Source of the DNA: Candidatus Arcanibacter lacustris
GTDB taxonomy: Bacteria > Pseudomonadota > Alphaproteobacteria > Rickettsiales > Arcanibacteraceae
DNA: 47,220 bases
Direction: 5' to 3'
Assembly: GCA_000970895.1 (NCBI GenBank)
Contig: JYHA01000087.1
Coordinates: forward strand, 1 to 47,220
The notes under the pieces are model-generated. The model saw nothing but the letters and a program-made list of their open reading frames with translations. It was not told where the DNA came from and did no database searches. The number at the start of each line of letters is the position of its first letter. The stretch's first letter is position 1. A program made the translations under genes and the position numbers. Below, piece by piece: positions 45,870 to 47,220 of the stretch.

Positions 45870-46532
45870 ATGAGCAATCTAACTTATAGATTGAATAATT
45901 TTATCAATAATTTGACGGCCACTGCTAAGGTGTTATTAAATCTTTGGGAAGATTTATCAGATAATGAACGATATCATCAGTTTTATATTATTGTTAAATT
46001 TTCTGATAAATTGAATTATTCAGTTAATGATATAAGTTTTTTAATCAAAAATACTGCACAAACTATTTCCTTAAACTGTAGTAAAATAAATTTAGCAGAA
46101 TTGATCAATGAAGTTATTGCTCAGTCAAAAATCTTTTACCTAAATAATGGTTTGTGGATTAATAAAGAGATCGCAAATAATGTAGATTACACTATTTTAA
46201 TCGATAAAAAAATGATATCTAAAGTGCTTAAGAAACTTATTGCTTATAGCGTCAATCATTCTGTCTCGCCTAATATATTGATTTCTTTAAAAAAGGTTAA
46301 TTATTTTTTTCAAATATCTATCCAAAATCAAGGATTAGAAATCAAAGATATTGATACGAGAGATCTATTTGTCCCTTTTGAAAGTAATTCATCTTCGTCC
46401 AATAATGATATTGGTGATTTGGATATTGATCTTGCAGTATGTAAAAAAATTATCAAAGCTTATAATGGAAAGATTTGGGTGGAAAATACTTCAGATAAAG
46501 GTACAACCTTTTACTTTACCTTGCCTTGTTAG
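45870..46532 (+). CDS. Histidine kinase-like DHp plus HATPase_c half, with no His in the H-box and degenerate G boxes
   Basis: EFMSNLTYRLNNFINNL aligns with EFLANMSHELRTPLN (Tyr in place of His). N-box-like LKKLIAYSVNHS. The G1 position reads QNQGLEI and G2 reads GDLDIDLAVCKKIIKAYNGKIWVEN. TSDKGTTFYFTLP is a typical HATPase_c end. Confidence 0.6.
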   Translation: MSNLTYRLNNFINNLTATAKVLLNLWEDLSDNERYHQFYIIVKFSDKLNYSVNDISFLIKNTAQTISLNCSKINLAELINEVIAQSKIFYLNNGLWINKEIANNVDYTILIDKKMISKVLKKLIAYSVNHSVSPNILISLKKVNYFFQISIQNQGLEIKDIDTRDLFVPFESNSSSSNNDIGDLDIDLAVCKKIIKAYNGKIWVENTSDKGTTFYFTLPC

Positions 46533-46748
46533 TAACCAAAAGCAAAGGCAATGCCAGATAATTTTGTTGTTGTATTAACCTGAGACTCATGTAGGTATTC
46601 TTGATATCATCTCATGAATGTATCAAAATCCCTGTGAGGGAAGCATTCGTCGAAATAATATTTTGAGACGTGTTCTTCCATGTTATTAAGGACCCTATCA
46701 AATATAAATTTATTAAATATTTTTGTTGGTCCTTCTCTGAGGATGTTT

Positions 46749-47220
46749 TCAGATTCGTATAGAGATATTCTTTTTTACTTCTACTGAATCATAAAACTTA
46801 GAATTTTTTAATGCATTATTTCTCTCTATTCTTCCAGAGCTTCTTTTTATCATATCTACTTTGTCGGCGCCCATTTCTTTTTCTATTCTCTCTTCTCTGA
46901 ATTTGGTAGTTTCATTTGGATTAATATATAATGTATTTTTTTTAGCATCTCCATAATGAGCTGTTCCATCTCTCTTCATCAATTCTGGATGTTCTTCTCG
47001 TCCATGGGCTTCATATACCGATTTATCCCCCATACCAGTCATAAGTTGTGCTGATACAATAGATCTTGCAATGAAATCATTCCAACCATTGTAAGCATTT
47101 TCTTTTATCGCGGCCCTTCTATCAAAAGCTTTTATTCCTGCGCCCTCAGAAAGAGCCTTTCCTAAATTTAAAGAATTTTTCACACCTTGCTCTAATCCCG
47201 TTACTTTATCAATTGCGCTC
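46749..47220 (-). CDS. C-terminal part of a hypothetical protein (ORF open to the window edge)
   Basis: The minus-strand frame is open from 47219 down to the stop at 46749 (…SAIDKVTGLEQGVKNSLNLGKALSEGAG…). The track start at 47183 is only an internal GTG. No motif recognised. Confidence 0.45.
   Translation of the reverse strand, partial: SAIDKVTGLEQGVKNSLNLGKALSEGAGIKAFDRRAAIKENAYNGWNDFIARSIVSAQLMTGMGDKSVYEAHGREEHPELMKRDGTAHYGDAKKNTLYINPNETTKFREERIEKEMGADKVDMIKRSSGRIERNNALKNSKFYDSVEVKKNISIRI

Overview
This is an AT-rich bacterial chromosome segment, roughly one-third G+C by eye. Its gene content suggests a flagellated, chemotactic member of the intracellular Alphaproteobacteria (Rickettsiales/Holosporales-like); that lineage call is inference only. 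In order, the window contains: a complete IS3-family element at the left edge whose right end replaces the 3' end of a type IV pilin-like gene, which directly abuts a chemoreceptor gene; argR, divergent from a fused binding-protein/permease amino-acid ABC system; tRNA-His; yciB and a DUF2610-like acidic protein; a minus-strand string of kinase-fold pseudoenzyme, 4-TM protein, cheY, cheZ and a MotB/OmpA-like protein; bamD-recN-coaE; a co-directional flagellar block of about 9.6 kb (motA, motB, flgI, then rod-binding flgJ-like, flgN-like, flgK, flgL, fliW, fliB); a flavin reductase and an orphan ORF; parC and ispA; a TAXI binding protein coupled to a DAACS symporter; a membrane cytochrome c and xthA; an ABC-2 exporter and trmD; popZ translationally coupled to a secreted ankyrin protein; tolC; fliO-fliP; tkt-gap-pgk followed by an apparent class II aldolase relic; a histidine-kinase homologue that is split at a homopolymer and lacks the acceptor His; and a partial ORF at the right edge. 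Much of the longer intergenic space is occupied by two families of GC-richer, nested palindromic (MITE-like) repeats. I saw no rRNA, CRISPR array, prophage or recognisable defence system. The best candidate for something undescribed is the catalytically dead kinase-fold membrane protein plus 4-TM partner directly upstream of cheY-cheZ and an orphan MotB-like gene. The TAXI-DAACS pairing, the popZ-ankyrin coupling and the repeat families are also worth follow-up. All functional calls come from motif recognition by eye, and no database search was run.
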